Source: Selaginella moellendorffii
Lineage: Eukaryota > Plantae > Lycopodiophyta
NCBI RefSeq assembly: GCF_000143415.4
Contig: NW_003314292.1
Location: 536,829 to 600,828, forward strand
Reading direction: 5' to 3'
Length of the DNA: 64,000 nucleotides
The notes below the pieces were generated by a model. The model did not search any database, was not told the DNA's origin, and saw nothing but the letters and a program-made list of their open reading frames with translations. The translations under genes were made by a program, and so were the position numbers. The stretch's first letter is position 1; every line of letters starts with the position of its first letter. This document shows, piece after piece, positions 33,856-45,841 of the stretch.

Positions 33856-34099
33856 TATTTTTTCGGCCTCTCAAGCGCTGAATTATTTGAACTCCCAGCC
33901 AGCTGTGTCACGCTATTTGGACAAGACCTTGCAAGGTGGACTACGTCAGATTCACTTTTTGACTGACTTGATATTGGAGGAATTTATGGCGTCTGCCGAA
34001 AAATGACCGTGGACATGTGGCATTCCTTTATTCATCTGGAAGAATATTTTTCGCGGATATTCTCTGCGTGAAAACGTTGTAGCGGTCACTCGTGTTCTC

Positions 34100-36411
34100 A
34101 CACAACTCCTAGACTAATGTCTGTAGTCATTTCCTCGTTTTCGAAGGAGAGACTTGAAAAAACATGGGTCTGATTGAGTGCTCTCCAGGACTTCTAACAT
34201 TGCTGTCGAATATCAAATTAGAGAATCGTAATACTGTGGATAACACTGTCCCTGGCATTGCACTCTCTGTTTGCTGAGCCAAAATTGTCATCTTAGCTTG
34301 AGTTGGCTGATCTATTACCAAATAGGGCCCATCGTACCGTGAAGAACACTTCCTTCCTAGGATGCCTTGCACCACAACTTTGGCCATGACAGAATCTCCA
34401 ACACCAAAGGGATGATCATTGATTGTTTTCTTGTAGTTCCTTGAATAACGAGCTTGTGCCTGTTCAATGTTTGCTCTTGCTCTTTCTTCCAAGATTGCCC
34501 TGTGATTCGAGCTTTCTCCAACATAGTTCTGGGATTCAATACCATCATTGGTTGCGGTGAGATCTAATCCAGGGTGAGCAGGTTTCTTCGCTCTTCTCCT
34601 GTAAATCATCTCAAAAGGTGAAAAACCTGTGGACCTGTCTTGTTGTTCTGTAAGCAAAGAGTACTTCCGGCAAAACATTGTCCCACTCCCCTTTCTTGAG
34701 CAAAATATTTACTGAGATAATCTTTTCTAGTGTCCTGTTAAAGCGCTCTACCATGCCATTAGTTGAAGGTTTGAATCTTCCTGTCAGGGTGTGCTTCACA
34801 CCCATTAATGCCTCACTGCAAAACTCCTTTATCCTGTCAGTAAGGATCTGCTCTGGGACTCCATGTCTTAAGATAACATCCTCGTAGATAAATTCCACGG
34901 CAGTCTGAGTAGATTTGTCATTTACTGCTCGTGCCTTAACCCACTTAGAGAAGTAGTCCATGCAAACAACAATATATTTGTTCCCATGTCTGGAGGGGAA
35001 GTTGAAAGGTTCAACGAAATCAAGTCCCACCCTTGCAAAAGGCCCTCCAATTGGCAGCGGCTGTAATTCTGAGGTTATAGATGACCGCATAAGAGCATTA
35101 GAGATCTTGCAAGCTGTAACCCGATCAACATCATTCCTCGTACCAATCCACCAGTAATGCTGCTGTAAATCATCTAGGATCCTGTTCCGTGACAAATGAC
35201 CCGATAAAGAGGAAACATGGTATCTTAGCACGAGCTCATTGACCTCATCCCGCTGAACTACCAACAGGTATTGATTCACCTCCCTTGAAGCGATGTACAT
35301 TAGCTTGCCATCTAGCAAACCAAACTTATCTCTTCCTCGATTGAGTTTTCTCCTCACTGACTTGTCAATGCCAGGAACAATCTCTCCTGATTCAGCGAAG
35401 GCCAGGCGCAGTTTGTATTCTTCGCGATCCATGGAAGTCCAAAGCAGGGATAACTACTTCAACCGATTAAATAATCAAGTCCAAATAGGGATGCTCACGC
35501 CAGAACAGGAATGATAAATATTGCCAATGCGATTAAACATGAGAAATATAGCAAGGAAATTCAACAAATTTGTGAGACGGTCTAGCTGTGAAAGGCTCTG
35601 GATAACCCATCTGCATTCGAGTTTTGTGAGCCTCTTTTGTAGACAATTTCATAGTCATATCCCATTAAGTAAATCGAGATGGCCTGAGAGTGATCCTGAG
35701 CCTTGAAGAGCCTTGACTCTTAGTGATCAGTTTCGATCTTGACTTGCTATAATAAGCAATGGGATGTTCCGCATTCCCATTCCCAATCTGTGCCAATATT
35801 GCCTGACGCATTGCACTGCAAAAGGAAAGCCTTGCTGCACCGGATGATATAGTAAATGGATCAATACATCACCAGGCAACTACAATACCTGCAATCAGGA
35901 TAAGATAATATAGGCTCCTTGCACAGCTCCCGCTTTAGTTCTTCAAAGGTGTTCTGCTGCTCGGCACCCCAAGCCATCCGCTCCGACTGCTTTAGACAGT
36001 GGCAAGGCCCTTTCTACGAATTTGTTGATAAATCTTTGATAATAGCCAGCCAGACCAAGAAAGGCTTTAATCTGCATCGAGGCATTAGAGTTCCAAACAC
36101 ACGAAGGAGAACTCGTGGACCTGCTTCTTTCCCTCAGGAATTTCACTGCTGATATTTTCTCAGGATCCGGAGCAATTCCTTTGCCAAACACCACATGTCC
36201 AAGAAACTTAATTTCGCACATGAAGAAGTGACATTTCTTTGGCTTAATCTTCAGACCTGCTGCTTTCAATCTGGAAAATACCTTTCTGAGGTCTGTGATG
36301 TGGCTACATACTCCTCGAGAATAGACATTAACACCATCTATATAGACAAGTGACAATTCCCATCTGAGCGTACCAAGGACACAGTCCATAAGTCTTTGAA
36401 AAGTAGCAGCA
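34100..36411 (-). mobile_element. Ty3/Gypsy pol fragment (RT, partial RNaseH, integrase)
   Basis: ATFQRLMD, YIDG, KFLGHVV, FLGLAGYYQRFI, DYFSKWV, NGMVERFNRTL, YDGPY. Truncated within RT by the hAT sequence. Confidence 0.9.
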
Positions 36412-37960
36412 TACTTGCATTTGAATGGGTACGATTAATAAAAAATGCCATTTAAAACAAGCATATAATACGGCATTTAAATCGGCATTTAAACACCAAG
36501 AATATTTTTTAAAAACCCTAAAGAATATGCTTTCTTTTACTTAGGATTAGGGTTCATGTAAATTCAGGGTTCGCGGGATCTGAAAGCGCTGAGGTAAGTC
36601 TGGGATGGGGGGAGGAAGGTAGCCATGCTGGAGCGGGCTCATGTTCTGAAACTGAGGCCGACATCCAAGACAAGCCATGGCATGAGTCTATGGAAGTGTA
36701 AGTATTGCTCGAATACTTACACCGGCGCGGCTAAACGAGTTCGCGCTCACCTTGGGGGTGTGGAAGGAAGGAATGTAGAGATTTGTAGCGGTGCCAGCTG
36801 CGGGGCAAGTGGTGGGGCTACCAGAGGGCTAGGCGAGGTGAACAGTGGCAGCGTTCCACTTTCCGAGAGCAGCAGTCTTAAATGAAGTGCTGCACCGACA
36901 CTGGATGGTGACATTCGAAAGATGATGAAGTCTGCAAAGGTTCAATGTCTGGATGATGCCGTGGCCGAGTTCTTCTACGTTGACAATATCCTTTTCAACA
37001 CCATTTGGAGGCCAAATCTGAGGAAGTTGCTTCAAGCTGCTATCGACTTCGGCCCTAGAGCTCTTGCACAGATGATGGGATATGAGAAGCTACGGAGTAC
37101 ACAGCTGAAGAAGCTTTATGATAGTGTCAATGCTCGACTTGATCCAATCTGTGAGGGGTGGAGAAGATATGGAGTTAGCATCATCACCAATGACTGGTCT
37201 GACAACTGTAGCCGATCCTTGATCAACTTCATGGCCTCCAACATCTAGGGTTCGGTTTTCTTGAAGTCTGTAGATTTCGAGGGCAGGACAAAGACGGGAG
37301 AGTGGATTTGGGTCGAGCTGAAGAAAGTGATTCAAGAAGTTGGCGAAGAAAACGTTGTTCAGGTGATCACTAACAATGCATCAAACTGTGTGCAAATGGG
37401 AGAACTCATGACAGCTGAGTATCCTCACATTCTCCACAGCCGGTGTGTGTGCCATGTCTTGGACCTTCTCTTCGAAGACATCGGGAGCTTGTCGTGGGTA
37501 AAACCATTGGTGAAAGGCTGCAACGAGGTGGTAACTTTTATCACCAAAAAACCTCGTGTTCTGGCTTTGTTTCGGAAGCTGAGCAATCGGGATCTCATCA
37601 AGCCGGCGAGCACAAGGTTCACTTACATGTTTCTAGTGATGTCTCAGCTCCTGAATCTGACGACCTTGGAGGCATTGAAGGAGATGGTTGTGAGCTCTGA
37701 GTGGCGGTGATTGGACGTCACAAAGACAGCCAAAGCCTAGCGCATTCAAACTCGGATCTTAGAAGAGACTCCGAACTCTTCTGGACTAGGTGCCAACACT
37801 TGTCGGTGCTGCTTGGACTGCTCCTCAAGGTCTTGAAGCTTGCGGACCGAGAGGGGCCAACTTCCCGTCTCATTTTCGAGGCTATGGACCGGATAAATAA
37901 GAAGCTTTCAGAGGCTGTTGAGATTGAGGATCTAGCAAAGTTCCTAAACCGAAGGTGAGT
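36412..37960 (+). mobile_element. hAT DNA transposon, disrupted (BED finger and DUF659-like transposase)
   Basis: WKCKYC...AHL, SIITNDWSD, VVQVITNNASN, CVCHVLDL, STRF. In-frame stops. Short GCATTTAAA repeats upstream. Confidence 0.85.
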
Positions 37961-40900
37961 TTCTTGGTGACATTTTCAGACAAGTGTTCGGAGCTTCGCA
38001 GATTCCTGAACTAGATGGAGTTGATCTTCACACTTCAACATCGGCGGTACCCCACTCTCGAGTCTCAAATTGGCGCGATTGGGATGTTACTCGAAGGTGC
38101 AGCTTTGTCATGGTTTTCTCCTCTCCTGGAGAAGAGCATGAAAGGGTCATGGTTCTGGAGCTGATGGATCTTCAATTGTTCAAAGAAAAGCTCGAAGCAT
38201 GTTTTGGCGAGACGGATTGGGTTTGGGCTACCACCACAAAAATGAGATGTCTCTCTCAGGGGTCTCGTCTTGCCTCGATCTATACTGCAGAGTTCCAACT
38301 CCTTGCCTTGGACACTCAATGGGATGAGCAGGCCCTGATTGATAAATTTTGTTTCGGCCTCAACAACGGTGTTAAGGATTTGTTGCTCACCATGGAGGAT
38401 CCCACGGACCTGTCGGATGCCATCCACAAAGCTATTCGATGTGACAATCGTCTCTTTGAATGTCATCAGGAAAGTCGCCGCGCCGCCATTTTCCCGTCTC
38501 AGACTCAAGAATCCAACCTTGAGTCTTCGGGGCATACTCCTAGACCTACTGCTCCGGTCCCGATGGATATTTTTGGTACTCCCTGACTCATTAGAGGGAA
38601 GTTGAGTCCTGCTGAGAAGCAATGTTGAATATCTCATAATCTTTGCCTCTACTGTGCTGATCCAAATCACAAAGTAGCTGTGTGTCCCAAGAAGCCTCCC
38701 CGACTGCTCGAGTTCACTCTGCCTCAAAGTCCACCTTTGTTGCAGTCGAGAAACAACCTTGTCCAAACAAAGTAGGAGCTGTCTGTTTGGACTCCCTAAA
38801 TAAAAATCACTTTTCTTTTTTATCAAGCTCCTCACCACCTTTCATCAAAGCCACCACCAATTCCCACAACTTCCGTGTCCCATGTCTCCTTTCTTTCACC
38901 GGACAATGAGGACTCAAGGCTCTGGCACTACTGGACTCAGGTGCAACTTCCTACTTCATGGACACGAACTTTGCTGCCCAACATCACGTTCCTCTTTCTC
39001 CTACTATATGGGATCTAAGGGTTGAAGGCATCGGCGAGCATTTTGTGTCTCCATCTTCTGGAATTAGGGAAATGTTGCCCGTTCGAGTACACATCGGGTC
39101 CACCGTCACTGATATCGCCTTCAACATCATCAACAGCAAGTCCTCCTCTGTAGTGCTTGGCCTTCCTTGGTGCCAACTATATCAGCCTCAGATCTGTTGG
39201 AAGGAATTACAGCTCGTCTCTCCCACATCACCATCTCCCACGGCTTCCCTTGCTGTTCATCAAGTCTGAATCAGGAAAATTTCCCTAAACTCAAATCGGG
39301 GTTCTGTTCCTGACTTTACGAAGTTTTCACCCTCTTGTTTTTCCTCTCTTCCATCTTACATTGGATAGTATCCTTGTCTCATCATTCCATTTAGTCGTAC
39401 GCTTCTATGAAAGAACTTCTTCATGAAGAACCTATTTTCCTTTTTGCTTTGCATGTTTCTCTTATCAATCTTCCTAAGAAGTATCATGATTTTGGGGATG
39501 TGTTTGACAAGAAAAAAGCTAATGTATTGCCTGTTCATCAGCCTTATGACTGTCCCATTGATTTACAAGAAGGAGCCTCACCTCCGTGGGGGCCTATGTA
39601 CAGGTTATCCCCATCCGATCTTAAGGCCCTCAAAGAGTACGTGGATGAGAACCTTGCCTCGGGGTACATTCAGCATTTGCAGTCCCCGGCTGGAGCACCT
39701 GTGTTCTTTGTCAAGAAGAAGGATGGGAGTTTGCGGCTAGTCATCGACTACTGAGGTTTGAACAAAGTGATTGTTTGGAACCATTATCCACTACCCCTGA
39801 TCTCAGACCTGTTGGAACGCCTTGGCGGTGCTCGCTTCTTCACCAAGATCGACCTCCATAGAGCATACAACCTGATTCGGATCCGGCCTGGTGATGAATG
39901 GAAGACTATGTTCCGAACCCGCTATGGCCACTTCGAGTACACTATCATGCCATTTGGCTTGACAAATGCTCCAGCAGTTTTCCAACTCATGGCGAATGAC
40001 GTCTTTCAAGAGTTTCTTGATCAAATGGTGATCGTCTACCTTGATGACATCCTCATCTATTAAAAAACTCAGGAGGAGCACGACGAGCATGTGCGCAAGG
40101 TGTTGGTGAAGCTGCAGGAACATATATGTGAAGCTTGAGAAATGTTCTTTCGATCAGGAGTCTGTAGAGTTCCTTGGGTACATTGCCACTCCTGAGGGTA
40201 TCACAATGGATTCTACCAAAGTCAAGACTATTCTCGAATAGGAGCCTCCATAATCAATGTCTGACATTTAGGTTTTCCTTGGCTTTGTTAACTTTTACCG
40301 CAAATTCATTGATCACTACTCTGACATTGTCCTTCCTCTCACGCATCTCACTCGCAAGGATGTTCCCTTGTCTTGGTTTGCTGCTGCCCAGCAAACTTTG
40401 ACACACTCAAGGCGGCCTTCAGTTCTTCTCCCGTCTTGATCCACGCTAATCCCTCACAACCTTTCTTCATCGAGGCTGATGCCTCCGACTTTGCCATTGG
40501 TGCTGTGCTGTCTTAACTCGGAGAGGATCAAAAATTTCATGCGGTTGCCTTCCATTCTCAGAAATTCCAGCCTGCGGAGATCAATTACGAAATCCACGAC
40601 AAGGAGCTCCTTGCCATCCTGGATTCCTTTGGAGAGTGGCGTCGTTTCTTGGAGGGGGCGGGCCATCAAATAACTGTCTAGATGAATCACAAAAATCTTA
40701 AGTACTTTGCCACTTCCTAAGTTTTGAGCCGTCGTCAAGCAAGGTGGACACAATTCCTGAGTCGGTTTGACTTTGTTATCAAGTACAGACCTGGAAAGCT
40801 TCAAGGCCTTCCTAATGCTCTTTCAAGGCGCTCCTATCTCAGTCTCAGGCTTGGTAATTTTGCCTTCAATCAACAGGATCAAGTTATCCTCGGTCCTGAT

Positions 40901-42590
40901 CAGCTTCAAGTTATGTCAATTTCCCTGGCCCCTTAGGACTCCTCCTTAATGGATGTGATCAGAAACAATCTTCAATCCAATGACCTCACCAGCGACATTT
41001 TCCTCCACCTTCAGGCTGGACACCAAGTGATTCCCAACTACTAGCAATTTGACGAGTTCGAGTTCTTAGATGGCTTGTTGTACCGTGGAGAGCAGCTTTA
41101 CATTCCTGAAGGTGATGCTCGAAGGTTGGTCTTGATGGCGTGCCATGATAGCCCAACTGCTAGTCACTTTGGCATCGCAAAAATCTATGAGCTGGTTGCA
41201 CGGGACTTTTGGTGGCCTCACATGGATGACTACATCAAAGCTTTTGTTACCTCATGTGACATTTGCGCCCAGAATAAGGTACCTCGCCAGGTGGATGGCT
41301 TCACAAAAATGATGCACTTCTTGCTGTGTACCAAAGAGTTTTCGGGCGAGGACATGGCAAAATTGGTATTCAGGGAAATTTTCCCACTTCATGAGATTCT
41401 TGCAGATGTGGTTTCAGATCAGGGACCTCAGTTCATCTCTCATTTCTGGAAATGGTTTTTGCAGCTGCTTGGAGTGAAGGCCAACCTCTCTTCGGCATAT
41501 CATCCTCAAACTGATGGACAGTCCGAGCGAATGATTCAGACGTCGGAACAATTCTTGAGGTGCTTCATCAACTATCATCAAGATGACTAGTTCAATATCC
41601 TTCCCCTTGCTGAGTTCTCCTATAACAACTCTGTTCACTCCTCTCTTCGAGTTTCCCCCTTCTTTGCGAACTCTGGCCGAAATCCCCGATTCAATCTCTC
41701 ACTTCCTTCTCCATTTGAACCTCCATCGTGCTCAGGAATCTCACAAAACATTTGCCAATGTCCATTGTCAGGATTGTCCCCCTTACAATATCGGGGATAA
41801 AGTCTGGCTCCTCAAGTGAAATATCTCCACCACCAAACCATGTCTTAAACTTGATTTCAAATGCTTTAGTCCTTTCTCTATCACTGCCATCATTAACCTT
41901 GTCACTTATCACCCTGCACTTCCCTCCTCATATCACATTCACCCCATTTTTCACTCCTTTGTCCTTGAGCCTTATATTCCCAGTCCTATTCCAAATCAGG
42001 TCATTCCTCTGCCTCCACCAATGCAGCTCGAGGATGGGTCTGAGTATGAGGTTCAGGACATCCTTGATTCCAAGATCTCACAGTCTAAACTCTACTATCT
42101 GGTCGACTAGAAGGGTTATGGACCTGAAGAACGCACTTAGGAACCTACGGACAACCTGATTCATTCTCCTGACCTTGTTCGGGACTTCCACCGCTGCTAT
42201 CCATCTCGTCCTAATCCTCATTCTTTTTCTCCATCTCCCATCCCTCACCGCCCATCTCATCCTCCTCTTTGTTCTCATTCACGTCCTTGTTCCACTCGTT
42301 CTTGAGGAGGGGGTGTTGTTAAGAATCCCTTAATTCTTGCCACATTCCTGACTCTCGTTGGATTGCTGACCTACAGACCACATTCTTGACTCTCGAGACA
42401 CTTCCCTATTTCTGACTCTCTATTTCCCGTACGATTCCTGAGTCTCGAGCCACATTTTTTATGATGATGTGGCACCTCCTCGACCTCAGCTATATTTAGG
42501 CCATCCTCGATCCAAGAGTGGTGGAGCTTCATCAACCTATAATATATATAAGTTAGCCTTGTTCTATTTCTCCACAATCTGAATCAATGC
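37961..42590 (+). mobile_element. Chromovirus Ty3/Gypsy element (Tcn1/Tf2-like), degenerate, 5' LTR missing
   Basis: Gag with CLYCADPNHKVAVC, LLDSGA protease, [18 protein letters not shown] RNaseH, YHPQTDGQSER integrase, chromodomain EYEVQDILDS at about 42040-42215, PPT GAGGAGGGGG at 42304-42313 followed by TG. Confidence 0.92.
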
Positions 42591-43520
42591 CAATCTAAGG
42601 CTTCTTCTTCGTTTCCACTAGTTTTTCTCATTGTCTTTTGCATTTTTCCAGTCTTGATCTTGTTGGGGGTCTTGACAGTAGAAACCACTATTGCAAGTTG
42701 GTCCTTTGAGATATCAAGTATAGAAGAATTCCCAGCTTTCATTCTAGGCAGCTCCTCACTCACATTTCTCATTTCTTCCATTAAAAAACCCTCATGAGCC
42801 ATATTTGCCTCCATAATTTCCACTCAAAAAACCTGCCACACCATTAGCCATGGTGAGACTTGCACATGGGTGTTTCTATCGACATTGCCTTCCAGCAATG
42901 CCCTTGGCATCCTCATTGAAAGTCTCTAATGCCACAGAAGTCTCTCATTGACTCTACTTTGCTCAAATTAGCAACCACTTGTGTTGCTCAATTTAGCATC
43001 ATCAAGCTTCTTGCATGGTCTGAGAATGAAGGACAGCCACACACTGCTCATGGGAGCATTTAGCAATGTGGCTACCCCTCATCTCCACCAAAACTAGGAT
43101 CCATTCTCATGTGCTCACAACAACAAAGCCTCAAAGAAAACACACCTTTCCAATCAACACCCTGCACGCTCAGACTCTACTCCCCACCTCCGAGGAATCA
43201 ATCTCTTGCCCCCAACCTTGAAAGAACCCACCCTCAAGATGTCCTGCCACATCAGCCTGTTTGCCACACCAGCTGTTCGATTTTGGACTCCACACCCTGC
43301 TCAGTGACAACCAGTCCTCGCCTTAAAAATGACCTAATAAAAGGATGAGCAGATATGTACTATGCATAATAGGCATGTATGGATGACCATAAAAAGCATT
43401 CATCCAATGTACATAATAGCAACATAATTATGGCAGGCCAATCAAATGTTGCCACCCGGCAAATGCAATATCATGCTGTACACAGCACCAGTTTACAAAT
43501 AACATGCCATAGAATTCCCA

Positions 43521-44719
43521 ATGTCTTGGAAGTTCATAACGCTGTTCATCCTCGATATTTGCATCACAGTAGAAGCAGATGAGGTCTGTCTGCAACTGCC
43601 ACGGTCCCCAGAGCTGGAAAAGTTCATCCACGTTCTTCCAACCCCACTGAAGATATACTTGAGCCCACGCTACAAAGTTACCATTGGAGCTTACAAAATC
43701 ACCCAGGTATGCGTTCTTTCTCCACTTGATTTCCAGACTCTTCCAAAACTTTCTTTTCTTTTCTTTTTGACGCAGAAACTGCACAGAGACTTGCCACCAA
43801 CAACACTGAATGCATTCGGCATGAGCGAGTATACAGCTTCATATCAGGTCCAACTTTGAGAGCCCAAAAGAGACAAACATCCTTTGTCCCATGGGAAAGA
43901 TCGTGTACTTTTTCTTCCAGTCAACTATACGATTCTAGGGGTGGGTCCGTGCTACGGCTACATTCCAGTGGTCACTCATCTCCATGGACAAGAGAGCTGG
44001 TCGGACGGGCATCCAGAAGCCTGGTTTACATCAGTTGGCGAGCGGGACCTGGATTACGTGACGCAAAACTACGTCTATCCCAGCTTTCAGCGCCACTCGC
44101 TCCTGTGGTATCACGACCACACTTACGGCATGACCCGGCTCAACATGGCTGCTGGCTTAGTCGGACTTTACGTGATAGAGTCGCCATGGGAAGATCCATC
44201 CTGGGTCCCGAAAAACTACGTGCTTCTGGTGATCCAAGACAAGCAGTTCTTCAGTGATGGCTCCATAAACTATCCCAATGTTGGGAGCAATCCGGCAGTT
44301 CATTCGCAGTGGTGTCCAGACTACTTTGGTGATACCATTCTGGTGAACGGGAAGATGTGGCCTTACATCGAAGTCTGGCCGGTGGTCGTGAGGTTCTGGG
44401 TGCTGCTTGTGGCAAACTCGAGATTCTTCATCCTCAACTTGAACGACACGAGCTTGAGCTTCATCAAGATTGGCACGGACAAAGGATACCTGGCGACTCC
44501 AATACGGCAGAAGAAGCTCAGGCCCTCTCCTTCCGAGCTAGTCGATATCTGAAGCCCGGGGAGAGAGTTTTCTTCTACGGCTCTATTCCCGAGTGGAAGC
44601 GTCACTGAGCAAGAAGTTCTCCTGTTCAAAGTAATGCAGACCAATGCTACCATCAACAAAGGATCCCACTCACTCCAAGCGAGCTGGCCGAGTTGCCGAC
44701 GCTATTGATCATCAAAAGC
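43521..44719 (+). pseudogene. Truncated multicopper oxidase (duplicate of 51604-53625)
   Basis: Near-identical exon 1, intron and HLHG/WYHDH region. Several deletions and frameshifts; C-terminal copper motifs absent. Confidence 0.92.
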
Positions 44720-44720
44720 G

Positions 44721-44835
44721 TTGCTTCCAGGCAGGGGGATCGCCCAGCGCGAATTCGAAGAGCAAGAGATCCGGGACGGCGTACGGGAGAGTTTCTCACC
44801 AGATTTACAACAAGCTCGAGGACTACGCGAGGCTG
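44721..44835 (+). pseudogene. 3' fragment of LCD at the duplication breakpoint
   Basis: CFQAGGSPSANSKSKRSGTAYGRVSHQIYNKLEDYARL, nearly identical to 30159-30273. Confidence 0.92.
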
Positions 44836-45841
44836 GCTAGCTAGAGTGTTTTGGATCATACGTGGCTAAATAATAAAACTTTGCTAGAGTCGAACGCGGG
44901 ACCTGTTAAGGCCTCTTAAAGTGGGTTTGTGTTCTAGGGTTTCTGAATGGAGAGCTTTTAACATCGCATTTCCGTGGAGATCGGCGCAATGCTGCATTGA
45001 TCGATTTTGGTGGATCTTTGAGGTGATGTTTCATTCATTGAGTTTGCTTTCTTGCGGCTGAGTAACCTCGCAATTTTTAGAATGCGATGCCATGACGCGA
45101 TTTCTTTTTCTTGGTGCTGGAGCTCGTCACAGAAGATCCGTGAAATCTGAGGTATATTTCGCCTAGACAAAGAATTCCTTTGGCTTTAGATGGACGCTCA
45201 CACTTTGGTATAGATGAAGAGTGCGCTATGATGCGCTTGCTTTTGTGCTCCAACTGTGTTAGCTCCAGGGAGACGCTGTCCATCGTTCGGTAAATTTTGG
45301 TTTTCAAGCTAAGAATCACGTCCATTGCTATTCCTTTTTTTGTGCTCTAGATGGGATCGTGTTGTGGCAAATCCTTGAACGATATTGATAGTTTCAGCAG
45401 CTTTTCAAAACTCTTATGAGGGAGCTTTATCCTTTTCGATCACCTGCGATTTTAAGCTCAATATTGCCTTTTTACCACACATTGCCATGGCGATTGCCAA
45501 TGTTTCTCTTTTCATGTGGTCCTGATGGAGGTGTATCGTTCTTTCAGGATATTTCGGGAGGTTCCTCTTTTCGTAACCTGCTATTGCTGAAAGCCGAAGC
45601 TCGAAACGGTTTCTTCTCATAATTTCTAGTTTTGAGTCACGTACTAACTGACGATTTTTCTATTGACTTCGACGACGAATTTCCTTTATGAGTTGAAGAG
45701 ATAACTGTTCTTCTTTGCAGGTTGATGTGTTTCAACACGATTTAATGAGATTGCGGCTACATTGTTTTTGTCTAGCTCAACACTTCAGCAGTAGCGAATC
45801 AACGAAGGTCTATTTTTCGTTCAATGTTGTAACGTATAATT

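Noticed and set aside
42590-43330. Possible further retroelement fragment with a PBS-like TGGTTGTCAC on the minus strand
   Set aside because: No recognisable domain, LTR or convincing tRNA match; left unassigned within the TE nest.
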